A DNA stretch of 63,877 nucleotides, counting the filler, from Octopus bimaculoides (Eukaryota), in NCBI RefSeq assembly GCF_001194135.2. It is 6 parts of 4 records of this genome, joined end to end, with 100 filler letters (N's around TTAATTAATTAA, not from the genome) between each part and the next. Parts side by side here need not be neighbours in the genome. Positions count along the whole stretch, not along the records: positions 1 to 24,213 come from NC_068995.1; 5 more parts are not named here. One strand, given 5' to 3'. This document shows positions 1-12,530 of the stretch, piece after piece. Position 1 is the first letter of the stretch; the number at the start of each line of letters is the position of its first letter. The notes below the pieces were generated by a model. The model did no database searches and was not told where the DNA came from. It saw nothing but the letters and a program-made list of their open reading frames with translations. A program made the translations under genes and the position numbers.

Positions 1-37
<37 letters not shown>
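1..37. repeat. (TA)n microsatellite
   Basis: Pure TA run at the window start; many more occur throughout, usually flanking N gaps. Confidence 0.98.
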
Positions 38-44
<7 letters not shown>

Positions 45-47
45 TTA

Positions 48-221
48 ATCTTTTACTTATTGCAGTCATTCAGTGTGGTCATGCTGGAGCACCACCTTAA
101 AAGGTTTTAGTCAAAGAAATCGAAACTAGAACTTATTCTTTGTAAGTGTAGTACTTATACTATCGATCTCTTATGCCGAACTGCTAAGTTGCGTGATGTA
201 AACGTACCAACATCGGTTGTC
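48..221 (-). mobile_element. SINE family B, 3' portion
   Basis: cagtcatt..catgctggagcaccacc..tatcgatctcttatgccgaactgctaag..catcggttgtc matches 22981-23200 and is the reverse complement of 42270-42475 and 50985-51185. Confidence 0.75.
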
Positions 222-1207
222 TTGAGCCTAGGAGAGTCCTCGACTTTTATCCGCCTAGGGATTTCTATAAAGCCAATGTTTACACGCTATCATGTATAAT
301 TTTATCTACGTCGAGTTCCCCATTTAAAAGCTCTTTATTGCATGTTTCGCAAAATTAACATATACGTATGTTTGTGTATGTATGTGTGTGTGTGAGTATG
401 TGTGGTGGTCGTAGGTGTCAATGCACGTAAATGATTGTATGAGTACGCGTGCGTATATGTTGTCACGTGTCTGTACTTCCAGTCGTAATCTATTTGCGTT
501 GTAACCTGTTTATTAAAAGCATTCACTGCAGACTCCGTCCTTACAGTTTTCCCGGCTGCTTTTAGTTATAATCTTTCTGATATCACACACTCACACTATT
601 GATTCCTGTGTTTACTTTCGGGATAGGTCGTCTTAGCAACGGGATTTTAGGCAATCCAAAGTGAAAATGGCCGATCACTTCGCGCAGAGTAAATAAAAAT
701 ATTTTGAGGCGAGCGAAAAATGCAAATACTATAATATTTTATCTTTAAGTAGATTCTTGAAAAGTAAAAGAAAGAATAGGAAATAATAAAAAAAGACAAC
801 AATTTTTTTTTCTCTGCCATTTGTCAAAATAACGATTATATATAAAGAAAATATTGACAAAAGCACGATAAAATGACAACAGTTTTATTATTCCCACCTG
901 GCCACATGAAAAGTAATGAAAAAGCATAGATAAACACATGCAGACTAACAGAAAAGGAAGGTTTTTGGCTGAACAGGACTTCTTAGCAATAACAGCTCCC
1001 GTAGAATAATGTGTTCTTTCCTTTTCAAAAGATATGAAAACTCCCAAGATAGTAGTGCTCGATATCATTTTGTTATGTAGAAGAGCATGTTTATAGAATG
1101 AAGTCGTTTTCCCTCTTGTTTCACTTGTGGAAAATCGAGGGTTTGCCAAGGGCTAAAATCTGTACGCATTGTTATTATTCTTAAGGCACTGATTAAGACG
1201 GCAATTA

Positions 1208-1350
1208 AAGTGGCAAGCTGTCAGAATCGTTAGCACTCGGACAAAATGATTAGCGGAATTTCGTTCGTCTAATTTTGCCGGGGTCGTCTTTGACTTTCAT
1301 CCTTTTGGTGTCAATAAATAACTACCAGTCGAACACTGGGATCAAGGTAA
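1208..1350 (+). mobile_element. SINE family A, diverged copy
   Basis: tggcaagctgtcagaatcgttagcac..gggtcgtctttgactttcatcc..actggg aligns by eye to the copies at 2733 and 59716. Confidence 0.75.
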
Positions 1351-1414
1351 TCAACTAGTCCCTTTCTTAGAATTCCAGACTTTCTGCATTTAGTGGACGG
1401 GATTATTAAGGCCG

Positions 1415-1468
1415 CGAAAGGCGACGACTATCAGAATCGTTACCACGCCGGACAAAATGCTTAGGGGC
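1415..1468 (+). mobile_element. SINE family A, 5' head fragment
   Basis: aaggcgacgactatcagaatcgttaccacgccggacaaaatgcttag resembles the family A head. Confidence 0.65.
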
Positions 1469-1680
1469 ACAAAGTAGATGTAGGCGTTTGTAAATCAAAG
1501 CTGGACCTCTTCCTATTGAGAGTCCCAGAAGAACCTACCTCACGGCAAGATGTGCAAATGAGGGTAGCTACATCAAACTCCATTCTTCACCAAGTGCCAC
1601 ATATTGGAGGAGGCTCTCAGTAATAACAGTGTAGCAAAACAGCGGTGCATCGGCATGGCCGCAGCTCTGAGATGAAACTA
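1469..1680 (+). mobile_element. CR1-clade LINE 3' terminal fragment
   Basis: Manual translation gives VDVGVCKSKLDLFLLRVPEEPTSRQDVQMRVATSNSILHQV, resembling the CR1 ORF2 C-terminus (F-K-x-x-L-D-x-F-L-x-x-V-P-D-E-P pattern), followed by a UTR and simple-repeat tail. Confidence 0.65.
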
Positions 1681-1694
1681 CACACACACAAAAA

Positions 1695-1787
1695 AGGCTT
1701 TAATAAATGTGCAAACTCTCTCAGTACTTATCGACACGTGCTTGATAATATTAAGAACCGAAAGCGCTTGTACATTTATTAAAGCCT
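1695..1787. repeat. Small fold-back with 20-bp inverted arms
   Basis: aggctttaataaatgtgcaa (1695-1714) versus ttgtacatttattaaagcct (1768-1787): 19/20 complementary. Confidence 0.75.
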
Positions 1788-2609
1788 ACACACAGTTTGT
1801 GAAATTCCTTTTCTAAAGGTTACCACCATTCTACTCGTTAAAAAGTATTGTCCTTGATGTCAACGTCTTGAAAAAAAAGCCATTCTGCAAATATGTATGC
1901 ATGTAGATACATATATATGTATGTAATACATGGTATGACATCTTCGGTTCTCGTTAGAAGGGTTCCACTTCATTCTGAGCGTCTCTAGAGACAATCAGCT
2001 AAACTGTTTATATACAAAACAAATGCAGCAGCTACTCTATGAAGGAGTGCCTAATTTGCATACCAAAAGTGTTTAACACTATATAAATACCAGCGGTCTG
2101 TCAACGGGGATCTTAGTCCCCACAGTATCAAGGTATGGTATAATAAATATGGAACATATGGTATAATTATAAAAAGGGCAAATTTTAGCCATGTATGTAT
2201 GTATGTATGTGAGGTAGTCTGCGCTTCCGTGTATGCCTGTTTTAATGTTTGTTAGCATTGTGTGTACACAGATACGTTTACTGTATGTATATGTGTGTAA
2301 AATATCCTCCAATCCAATGCTTTGTGAATATTTCAGTAATGTCAAAACAATGCAAGACACGAAGAGCACCACTGACAATTCTGTCATCTTCCAGATTCGT
2401 TATTTCACGTTTATCGACCGATAACAATATCCGTTGCTGCGTCTTCCGTTGTGACGTGCTTGGTGCGTAGTGTATTCTCCTGGGAACGAACTAAACATGT
2501 ACTTTATCAAGATGTAATCTAAATCGATCTAACTTCGCACACTGAATCTCAGTTATGTTACGTGGGCATACATTTATACATTTGCGAGCAGTTGAATTTC
2601 AAAATATTA

Positions 2610-2694
2610 CTTATTATTATCATTATTATTATTGTTATTATCATTGTTGTTGTTGTTGTTGTTTTTGTTGTTGTTGTTGTTGTTGTTGTTCTTG

Positions 2695-2725
<31 letters not shown>

Positions 2726-2731
2726 TGTTGT
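2610..2731. repeat. Compound (ATT)n/(GTT)n/(GTC)n microsatellite
   Basis: Read directly from the sequence. Confidence 0.95.
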
Positions 2732-2732
2732 T

Positions 2733-2920
2733 AAGGTGGCGAGCTGGCAGAATCGTTAGCGCGCTGGGCGAAATGCTTAGTGGTATTTCGTCTGTCGCTA
2801 CGTTCTGAGTTCAAATTCCGCCGGGGTCGACTTTGCCTTTCATCCTTTGGGGGAAGGGGGTCGATTAAATAAGTACCTGTTACGCTCTGGTGTCGACGTA
2901 ATCGACTCAATCCCTTATGT
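2733..2920 (+). mobile_element. SINE family A (tRNA-derived, octopus-type)
   Basis: aaggtggcgagctggcagaatcgttagc..gagttcaaattccgccggggtcgactttgcctttcatcc..gacgtaatcgact, with a B-box-like GAGTTCAAATTCC; about ten related copies in the window. Confidence 0.88.
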
Positions 2921-2974
2921 TTCCAGTAGAAAAGATCATTGTTGTTGTTGCCATTGTTGTTGTCGTTGTTACAA

Positions 2975-3178
2975 AATGGTGGAAAATGTTTTTCGGCATT
3001 TGTTTCTACTATTTACGTCTCAGTTCAAATGCCGCAGAGATCGATTTCGCTTTTCATCCTTTCAGTTCAGTGTTGTTGAAATAAATATCAGATGCGCACT
3101 GGGATCGATGCGATCGTCCGACTTCCTCCTTCAAATTTCCAGGCCTTGTGCCTATAGCAGAAAGGATTATCATTATTA
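2975..3178 (+). mobile_element. SINE family A-related, diverged copy
   Basis: cagttcaaatgccgcagagatcgatttcgcttttcatcc..gcactgggatcgatg..ggccttgtgcctatagcagaaaggattat. Confidence 0.65.
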
Positions 3179-4522
3179 TTATTATCATTATCATTCCACT
3201 TGTAGGCAACCTCTGCAATATGCTTAATATCTTTTGTATTTAAAAAGTAATTCCCGCAGCTACGAAGCAGATGGCACTGAAAGCGTTACTTCAAAGTCGC
3301 ACATGAAACACACCAGTACTTTCTGCTCCGTATATAACTGTGACATAAATTCTCGTCGTAGTTTTTTCGTGAAAAATCTTTCGTGATGAAGTTTCATTGC
3401 ACCTAAATCAATTTACGTTCAAACACCATCCCTGTCATTAACAAATGCTTATGATCTGAGTGGACCAAATGAAAAGTGACAATTGACTTGGTTTATTAAA
3501 TAGAAAAGCAATAACATAATATTAATATATGATGTTCTTATGTAAAGAAATATATGCAATCACTTAAACACACAGCTTACATAAAAGTAATGTAAATATG
3601 AATCTATGGTGCACGTACACTAAAATCCAGAAATTGTGACATATTGTAATTTATTATAGCCATCCAAACTAAAATACCAATAAAAAGGTTAGCTAGAAAA
3701 ACATGAGCAAACTAACGAGTCACAAATGCAATAAATTATAAAATAGAAATTTCCTTTATGTTCGTTTACTATTCATTAAATAATGCTCAATGTATTTTCT
3801 GTGTTTCTAGGCCGTTTACCACTAACTCATGTTTTAACTTGATCCAATCAACAGGAGCGGTAAACGGATAGAGCACAAAGCACGGGTTAACTTACTAATG
3901 GAGTAACAAGAAGAATTATAATTTGATTATTAAAGCTATTACATTCTGCGTTAGTTTGCAGGGATGTTGTCCTGATGATTGGTGAAATAAGTTTCTTCAA
4001 CTCTGAAGAACTGTATTTGAGAATCTTGCGGAATATACGGTGGCATACTATTGTGGGCCGACGGTGCGAATCTCCATTGAAATATTCTTCTGCTTTTTCA
4101 AGAGTTCTTTCGGTATAGTTCTAAGTGTAACAATCGTCAGAATTGTCACCTTTGCTTTCTACAATCTCTTTATCTATCCAGCTAGATCCTAGATCTTTGA
4201 TGGACAATCTATTAACATGTGATATTACAAAATCTATGACGTTACGAAGTTAGTTTTGATCTTTAAAATAATATTTGACCTTTTGTCTTAATGGAAAAAT
4301 CCCATAAAATCCTCTAATAATTGTTTCTCCTTGCAACGTTTCGCTCGATCTCATACTGGTCTTCAATCAGTTTGAATCCACACAGTTCATATATCAATAC
4401 CTACACAGTTATGCCTACGTTTATAATATTTTTATGCTAGTCTACTCAATTCATTTAATAGATAGTTGATAATTGTGTCATCTTTTACCACAGATACTGC
4501 TATTGCTCTCTGATTGATTTTT

Positions 4523-4585
<63 letters not shown>

Positions 4586-4589
4586 TGAT

Positions 4590-4619
<30 letters not shown>
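4523..4619. repeat. (GATA)n + (GA)n microsatellite
   Basis: Read directly from the sequence. Confidence 0.95.
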
Positions 4620-4625
<6 letters not shown>

Positions 4626-5263
4626 TCATTTATCAAGGTATATCTCTAATGGAATACGCAGTAGCAGTCTCTAAATATCATTATGTTAATATCTTTCAAA
4701 GAAGTCTCATGTTGTTAGTCGAATGTAAAGTCGACAGGCATGTTTTTATGTGTGTGTGTATGTGTGTGAATTAATGTCACTCACAAACATATATATATTT
4801 ACACGATTACACACAAATCGCATATATGCTGATAAAATTAAGTATTCATACAGTAGTTGTCCCAGAATATCTTTTAATTATTGTCTTCCAATGCAGCATT
4901 ATAATGTTGCTGCTCAAATACAAAACTACCATGAGTTTGAAAATGAAAGACATCTCCGAGATAATTATAGAAAATATTTGTGTTCTGTAGTATATACATA
5001 CACCTCAACACGAGGAATATTTGAGCTACATTCCCAACTCAATATTCTTCGAATGCAAACATAACAGGTTTGATATATTTGTGCGCAACAATGAAATCGA
5101 AACTGTCCTACGAATGTGTGTATTTGGTTGAAAGTTATTGTAAAGGAGAATATTTGTAGTCAGTAGTTTCGAAACTATAGCTTTTCACAACAGATTACAA
5201 ATATGTGTGTACAATTGTTGATAGACTTGAACATGGGTATATATATATATATATATATATATA

Positions 5264-5463
5264 AGGGAGAATTTACGAAAAACAACAACAGACGAGAACA
5301 GGTGGTGTAAACAACAAAAGGATGTATTAGTTTAACGCTCGGGAATAGAAAGTCTTTAACGTTTCGAGCTACGCTCTTCAACAGAAAGAATAAGGAGAAA
5401 ACAAGGAGAAAAACACGGAGAAAAAAATTTGAATGTTGTGGTCAGCGATCTATCATGGCGACG
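5264..5463 (-). mobile_element. Family D ~200-bp non-autonomous repeat carrying a hammerhead motif, copy 1
   Basis: Clearly homologous to 51480-51682 and 61241-61490; abuts (TA)n. Confidence 0.85.
5353..5389 (-). ncRNA. Minimal type I hammerhead-like ribozyme (CUGUUGA core variant, GUU triplet)
   Basis: Minus strand: UCUUU-CUGUUGA-A-GAGC(GUA)GCUC-GAA-ACGU-U-AAAGA. Stem I 5 bp, stem II 4 bp, palindromic stem III. Confidence 0.55.
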
Positions 5464-5563
5464 ATGGAACTGACTGCAATGCAAAAATAACAGGTGATGG
5501 GAGTAACGGTTCGAATTGTTATTTGAGAAGGCGTCTATTCTCTCCTTCATTTCTCTGTCTCTT

Positions 5564-5602
<39 letters not shown>

Positions 5603-5808
5603 TTATCTATCTATATCTATATCGATATATACATACATACATATATATATTTAATTATATGCTATTTTTGCTTCCTGGCCATTTCCAGTTTAGATATGTA
5701 TATGAATGAAACAGTTATTAAATAATATAAGTAAATCCTACCAATGTACTTAGTGGCCCTTCCTGATGTACTCACTCAGGTATACTTGTATCTATCTATC
5801 CATCTATC

Positions 5809-5857
<49 letters not shown>

Positions 5858-7263
5858 ATATATATATATANNNNNNNNNNNNNNNNNNNNNNNNNNNNNN
5901 NNNNNNNTATATTTATATACATGCAATTCAGTTTGGGGCGATTAATAGATATTTCTGCGTATTTTCTTCATAATTAATTACTTTAAGTGTTAACTAAATA
6001 GGAAATAATTAAGTAATTATAGTGTATAACCCGCTAGTATAATGGTTATGTCCTTTAAGTATTATTTCGTGATGTGCAAATGGACACCATGACTTTACTT
6101 TCAGATATACTAATTAGGTTATTATTATTCTTTTTTTTTCCGTATTATCTGAAATAGAATACCCGCATATCTATTAACCCCCCAAACCTTTTATTAGATA
6201 CTTTGTATATTTCTTGATAAATACATAAATATATAATAAATAAGACCCAAAGGTACGATATGCAGATGCATGTAATACTGAAGGGTTGTACCTGGTTGAT
6301 TTGGAAATTCTTTTCCCCAAATTATTTAAATTACATATATATGTATACATCGATAAGAAACGAAGAAATACACAAGTCTAGATGATATTGTAATGCATGT
6401 ATTTATGTATGCCTGTATGTATGCGTATAGGTATGTACGTATGTGTTTGTATGTGTGTGTGTGTGCGCGTTTACATGTATGTTTTTTTTTTATATTTGAT
6501 TTATATTTTACCAATTAACATGGCTTCCACATTTCTTTCTGATAGTAAACATCTGCGATATTTATTGCAGACATATTTATATTTCTGAAAATAGGGAAGC
6601 CATATACCTACCCAAAAAAGCAAACCAAACACACTGTAAGAACAAATAGAAAAACAAAAACTTACAAAATCTTACAATCATATATAAAATAACAACAAAA
6701 AGCCGAAAATTGACATGACAGCTACAGTAAATAAAGACGTCGTAGTTTATGGTTTTTTGAACGAAGAGCCACAGACTTATGTATCAAATTTGATATGTAT
6801 AGGTCAAATGCAAATTTACGTCAAACAGGCCTGAAGCAGGAACACGAGGCAGGCGTAACACATTTAATGGTATAAAATAGGAAAACATACATGAATATAA
6901 TTCAACAACGTGAGTTTGTATTGATTGAGGTAGAACAGAGTGGAGGTTGTGGAGGGGATGGTCTTACTTGCAAATGTTTTATCATACGGCGTTCAGATTT
7001 CATTAAAACCGCAATCCGAAAGGTATTACGGGACAATTCATTTCATCATAATTTACGTTCATGATATTCTAAACAGCACACGCCTCCTTAAACATAAATT
7101 CACACACACACACACACACACGCACTCTCACTAGTATACATCTATACACACACACACATACACACAGATGTATATTTATATATTTATATATATATATATA
7201 GACGCTTACAGGTATTTATATAGATCGATAAGGAAACTGTTAGACAGACAGATAGACAAACAT

Positions 7264-7329
<66 letters not shown>

Positions 7330-7474
7330 GTGTCTCTCATTTACATCAGCGTCAGACTCATCACTTTCAACAAGTTTCATACATATATACGTACAATATA
7401 TGTGCGTATGTATGTATATGCATACATACATACACACATACATACATACATACATACATACATACATACATACA

Positions 7475-7775
7475 TCATGGACTCTCCGTTGTTAGACGAC
7501 GTATGATGGTTCGGCAAGTTCTTGCTGAACAACCACAGAAATGATTCGTTTATCGTGAACAAATGGTTGTGTTCACATAAGCTCATTCCCTCCATCAAAC
7601 TCTCATTATTTGTACAGGTGCACCATGTGCCACATGTCAGATGGCGAAATGATCGCAAAGCAACATGAAATGAAATGCTTTGCTCAAGAACACAGCGCAA
7701 CGCCTGGTCTGGTAATCGAAACCGCGATCTCGCAATCATGAGTGCAGCGCCCTAACCACTAAGCCATGCGCCTTC
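7475..7775 (-). mobile_element. SINE family C (tRNA-derived head)
   Basis: Minus strand gaaggcgcaTGGCTTAGTGGttaggg..GGTTTCGATTACC (A and B boxes), followed by a non-tRNA body gtgttcttgagcaaagcatttcatttc. Confidence 0.75.
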
Positions 7776-8782
7776 AAACTCACACGCACACACACACACA
7801 AATACACACACGTTTCTTATTTCTCTGTGCGTGTTTATTGCCTGTCGTTATTTACATTCGCTGTTCTTTCTCAATGACAAGAAAGTTTACTCATTTCCTT
7901 TCCCGTCTGCCAAATATATTCTTATTAATTTGTGTATTCTTGAGTGTTCTTGTATTCTACGAAGTTTCGCCTAACCAAGTGATTCCATTTCTGTTATTCT
8001 TTTCGTGTGGGTGTTTTAACTTACTATTTTGTATCAAACATTTTTACTTTGCATTTATAAAAATTCCGTTCACTTTAATATGATTCACTCTTTCAATGCC
8101 ATATAACAACCCCAGGTCGAACGAAATTCAAAATTTGTGTTATGCAAGTGTCTTCACGTAGCTGAATCTCTAAAAGTGCCATTGTGTTTCCATTCCACTT
8201 ATTTCACAAGGATTTTCAAATAAAATAAATAGTAAAAACACAAGAACTCCACGCCTCTCATCGTTCCATATTTTTCCTTCTTTTAAAACAATTTCTATAA
8301 TTATTTTAATAACCCTAAAATTATTTTTTAATACTACTTAGATAGTAATATATTTTTTTAACGCTAACACATGTGCTTTTTGGATTTCTATCTTGTTGAA
8401 GAGTTGTAAGAATAGAATATCATTCTTTTGACTTCTGACTTCGTTCTTCTCTCTCTTATGTTCCATGCTATTAAACGTATTTTCTCTGATACATGTGGTG
8501 ATTCTAAAAGTGAAACGTACAATAGATAGACAAATGTGAGTATCTCGAATAAAGAAAGAAATCGATATTCGTCGGTTTGGAAGACGGCTACTCCAGTTGT
8601 TTGCCAAACTGAAGTACCTGGTCATTGAATTAAGTGGTTGCATACACCATAGACACTGGTCAAAGACACTTGATACTTGCCTTACGAAGCCACTTGGTGA
8701 GATCGAAACAGATTTAATGATAACAGCACGAACTTCGTGATTACATTGACATGCGTTCGCACGCATAGTCGTGCGCAGAAGT

Positions 8783-8907
8783 ATGCACACAAAGATGCTG
8801 ATTAATCGATCTTCACTGATAACTGCCGTCTGTTTGTGCTTCCTTGTGAATAGTATTTCCGAATTTTTGTCCATGACCTCGCAGATGACTATTCAACCTC
8901 ACTGCAG
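8783..8907 (+). CDS. Possible first coding exon with signal-peptide-like N-terminus (unidentified)
   Basis: ATG 8783/8795 reads MHTKMLINRSSLITAVCLCFLVNSISEFLSMTSQMTIQPHC and ends at CAG|GTCAGT, a donor-like site. No homology recognised. Confidence 0.2.
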
Positions 8908-9852
8908 GTCAGTATGCTTTGGAGCATAGTTGACATATAGCGGTTGTAACTTACTGTTTGATCTCCTCTTATACAACGTTTTGTGTTACGTCGCTTCTTC
9001 ACAGTTCATCCATGCAATATGTGTGCAAACAGAAAAAAAAAAAAAACGAGCAACTTTATACATATTTCAACGATTTTTGGAATTGTTTACATTAACTCTA
9101 ATACACACATACCCACACAAATCTTTTTTCTTAAATATACATTGAAAAAATAAGCGTACCCCTCCGATAGCAGATTGAAAAGACGTGAACGACGTTGGAT
9201 CAGAGAACGCCCATGTTTCTGGTTATTCTAAATTCACTTTGACAAGCAGCTTTAAGAAACATGCTTTTGAAGAAAACAGATTTCACGCTTCGGAAAAATT
9301 TGAATGTGTGATTGATTTAGTTGTTGCTGTCGCTCTGTTGTTGCTGCTGAATCTGTTTGCCTTTTGGCTGCGAATATCTAAATCACTATTATCACCGATG
9401 TCTGTCACAAAGTCATTATATTTTTTTCCACCATATGTGTTGGTCCGATGTTAATTAATTTTTCAGCGTCTTTCGCTTTTTTTCTTCTTAATCTCTTCTC
9501 ACATCATTTTTTCCCCACAAAATTCTGCTTCAGGTTGTATTTATTTTTATTAATGCCTTCGCCTACTATCTCGAGTGAGCATCTGTTTACTCGACTCAAA
9601 CACAAGAATCTATTTTGAAATATGAGTAAGTGAAATGTTTAGAAATATGAAGACTTAGAAAGTCCAAAACAAGAAGTTTTTCTTTTTCTATTTTCTTGTT
9701 TCACACTGAGGCAAAACGGAGAGAAAATTGAAATTTCTTCAAAGTCTTCAGTCACTTCAATTCTTCCAAAAAGACGTTCTTTTTACTAAATCCAGAACCG
9801 GTTCATTCTAAAATAAAGTCAGTTCAAATAAGCAATAGCAGTAACTCAAAGC

Positions 9853-9870
9853 AATAACAACAACAACAAC

Positions 9871-9938
<68 letters not shown>

Positions 9939-9986
9939 TAATGACAATAATAAGTAGTAGTAGTAATAGTAGTAGTAGTAGTGGTG

Positions 9987-10061
<75 letters not shown>

Positions 10062-10068
10062 ATGATGA
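9853..10068. repeat. Compound (AAC)/(AAT)n/(AGT)n/(GGT)/(AGT)n microsatellite
   Basis: Read directly; source of the spurious poly-L/I and poly-S ORFs. Confidence 0.97.
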
Positions 10069-11457
10069 TGTTTTCCTGAATTTTGAAGCGTTAGTGTTAG
10101 TTAAAACCATCGAAAGCATTATAAGACTGGTAACCAGCTTTGACCTCCGCAGGATTTTAAATACAGAACATAAATTCTCGGAACAAAGAATGGAGAGCTT
10201 TTTTTTTTTTTTTTTGGCTGACATTCGTATGACAATAAGGTAGAAAATATATCACGTTAGATTAACAAAAAACAACACACACACACAAAATAGAAAACTT
10301 TCATGTAAATTACAAATTCTGGGAATACACATATTTAAATGCATATATAAATTTTGACTGATTGTAGGTTATTCCTTTTTGAGAATAGCAGAAGTTCAAC
10401 GAAAATATGGCGGTAGCATATAACACAATTATAATGATAACTTTTATTCAGCACACTCTGAAAACTCTGAAATTACAATGGCTATGAAGTTTAGCAAGCA
10501 ACGAAACAACAAGGCTTCCACAAGGCCCAGTCATGTTGAGAATTCAATAGTAGGGTTTCACACTCATATATCAATATACCACGATGACGATAACTATTTC
10601 TTTTGTGTATCATATAGATAACTGTATCTTACCGACATGTTTGTGTTGTCTTTGCATTCACTATTCAAGCAGAATGCAGAGTTTTCTTTGCCTTAATTAC
10701 GTAATAGAATTATGTGAATGAAATAATTACACAAGAAAATAGTCATAGTTACATGCTAAAGGTATTTAATAAAACATTTGTGGCTTACTTGTAAAGGATT
10801 ATGATTTTACATGCATTCATAGATGTAGAAGTAAATAAATAGAGAAATTATTATATTATCAGCACTATTATCGTTATACTCACAAAATAAACACTATACA
10901 TAGAAACATGTGTGTATGTATGTATAACCGTGGTGTGTCCTTTGTGAGGTCCTTATTTCGTTGGTCAACGATATTACAGAGTTCGAGTCTTCTTCATTCC
11001 TTCCGTCTAAATTCTTCTAGAGGTCTCAATTCGACGTTAGAAGCAGTCTAGAAAATTTGCACCTGGATCTGGTGAAGGAGAAATGGAAGTGAAAATCAGT
11101 AGATATATAGTCAACTGACGTCTTTAAATAAACAGTTTAGATTAGCCAATGTAACTTATACATGGAGTACTTTAACAGTCCAAGAGGGTTGCAATATAGA
11201 CAATATCACAGATTACGACTGCAGAAGGGGTATCCACGACACGTGATCTTGATGTGGCCCAGATACTTTTGAGTATCACGTTGCTTCTCTCAGCTTGTAA
11301 ACACAAGATGTACATGCAGTTGAAAAGGCCAGCCTCGTCACATTCTGTGTGACGCTGATTCTCCCCGAGAAATATGTTTAGGGTTGATATGTTTGTGGAA
11401 TGCTCAGCCATTTGCACGTTAATCTCACAAGCTGGCTGTTTCGTTCACCTGAATTTA

Positions 11458-11492
<35 letters not shown>

Positions 11493-11496
11493 GGAG

Positions 11497-11580
11497 TGGA
11501 GGAGAATACAGAACCATGTGGGTGGGCAAGCTACTTACCACACAGCCAGTCCTGCGCCTATAAAGCCACTCCTGTGCCTA
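11497..11580 (-). mobile_element. SINE family B, head fragment
   Basis: gaaccatgtgggtgggcaagctacttaccacacagccagtcctgcgccta matches 23540-23593. Confidence 0.7.
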
Positions 11581-12228
11581 TATATATATGTGTGTGTGTC
11601 TGAGTGTGTGTATGTGTGCATTTGTGTGCGTCTGCATGTATGTATAAATATAAGGACTGATATACGCACTGACACACACAAACACACATCATATTAGCTT
11701 TGAACAGAAGGCAACTTGTACAGGGCTGGCCCTGCAGGAGAGCGGTTAAGAATCATCCAAAATAATAGACAGACAACGGCAGCAACAACAACAAAACTAA
11801 TAACTATAAACAAAAACGATAACTTCATTAATAAGCAATTAAAAATGTTTATAGAAATCTTCTGATTTATGGCACGATATACACAAACACTCACACACGC
11901 ACCCTTCCTCCCGTCACGGACACATACGCTTTCACACATGGCCTCACAGATACAAATAGGAAAATTGATAAACATACATACATCCACACACCAAGCCTAC
12001 AGAATCTCACATATATGTAGATTCGTACTAAGGCGATGATGAATATTTGCAAGAACTTTCCAATCGAACGCTGGGAATCTAAAAATAGCTCTGTTGCTAA
12101 CAAATTCTTATTTCTGGCAAATAAACTATCCAATAGATGGTAATCTGATCTTTNNNNNNNNNNNNNNNNNNNNNNNNNNNNNNNNNNNNNNNNNNNNNNN
12201 NNNNNNNNNNNNNNNNNNNNNNNNNNNN

Positions 12229-12271
<43 letters not shown>

Positions 12272-12334
12272 GTATGTATGTATGTATGTATGTGTGTATG
12301 TATGTATGAATGTATAGAGACAGGTAGCTTGATG

Positions 12335-12406
<72 letters not shown>

Positions 12407-12416
12407 TGCATATTCA

Positions 12417-12530
12417 GCAGGAGTGGCTGTGTAAGGCGCAGGAGTTAACTGTGTGGCAAGAAGCTTGCTTTGCACCCACGTGGTTCCGGGTTCAGTCTCA
12501 TTGAGAAAATGTCTTCTACTCTAGCCTTAA
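12417..12530 (+). mobile_element. SINE family B head, truncated at the Tc1 boundary
   Basis: gcaggagtggctgtg..aagaagcttgctt..tggttccgggttcagtc..gtcttctact. Confidence 0.75.

Noticed and set aside
745-1149. 134-aa minus-strand ORF
   Set aside because: No recognisable motif, non-ATG start, low-complexity A/T-rich end and no convincing splice sites.
4333-4374. Minus-strand hammerhead-like CTGATTGA..GAAACGTT
   Set aside because: The core has an extra base, and stems I and II do not pair; at best a fossil.
7700-7775. tRNA gene-like sequence with A and B boxes (also heads of SINE families A and B)
   Set aside because: No complete cloverleaf or acceptor stem, and each continues into a repeated SINE body; called SINEs rather than tRNAs.
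9808-10243. Poly-L/I and poly-S ORFs (also 21833-22534, 2562-2759 and the many [16 protein letters not shown] ORFs)
   Set aside because: They are translations of microsatellites that lack stop codons in some frames; no domain content.
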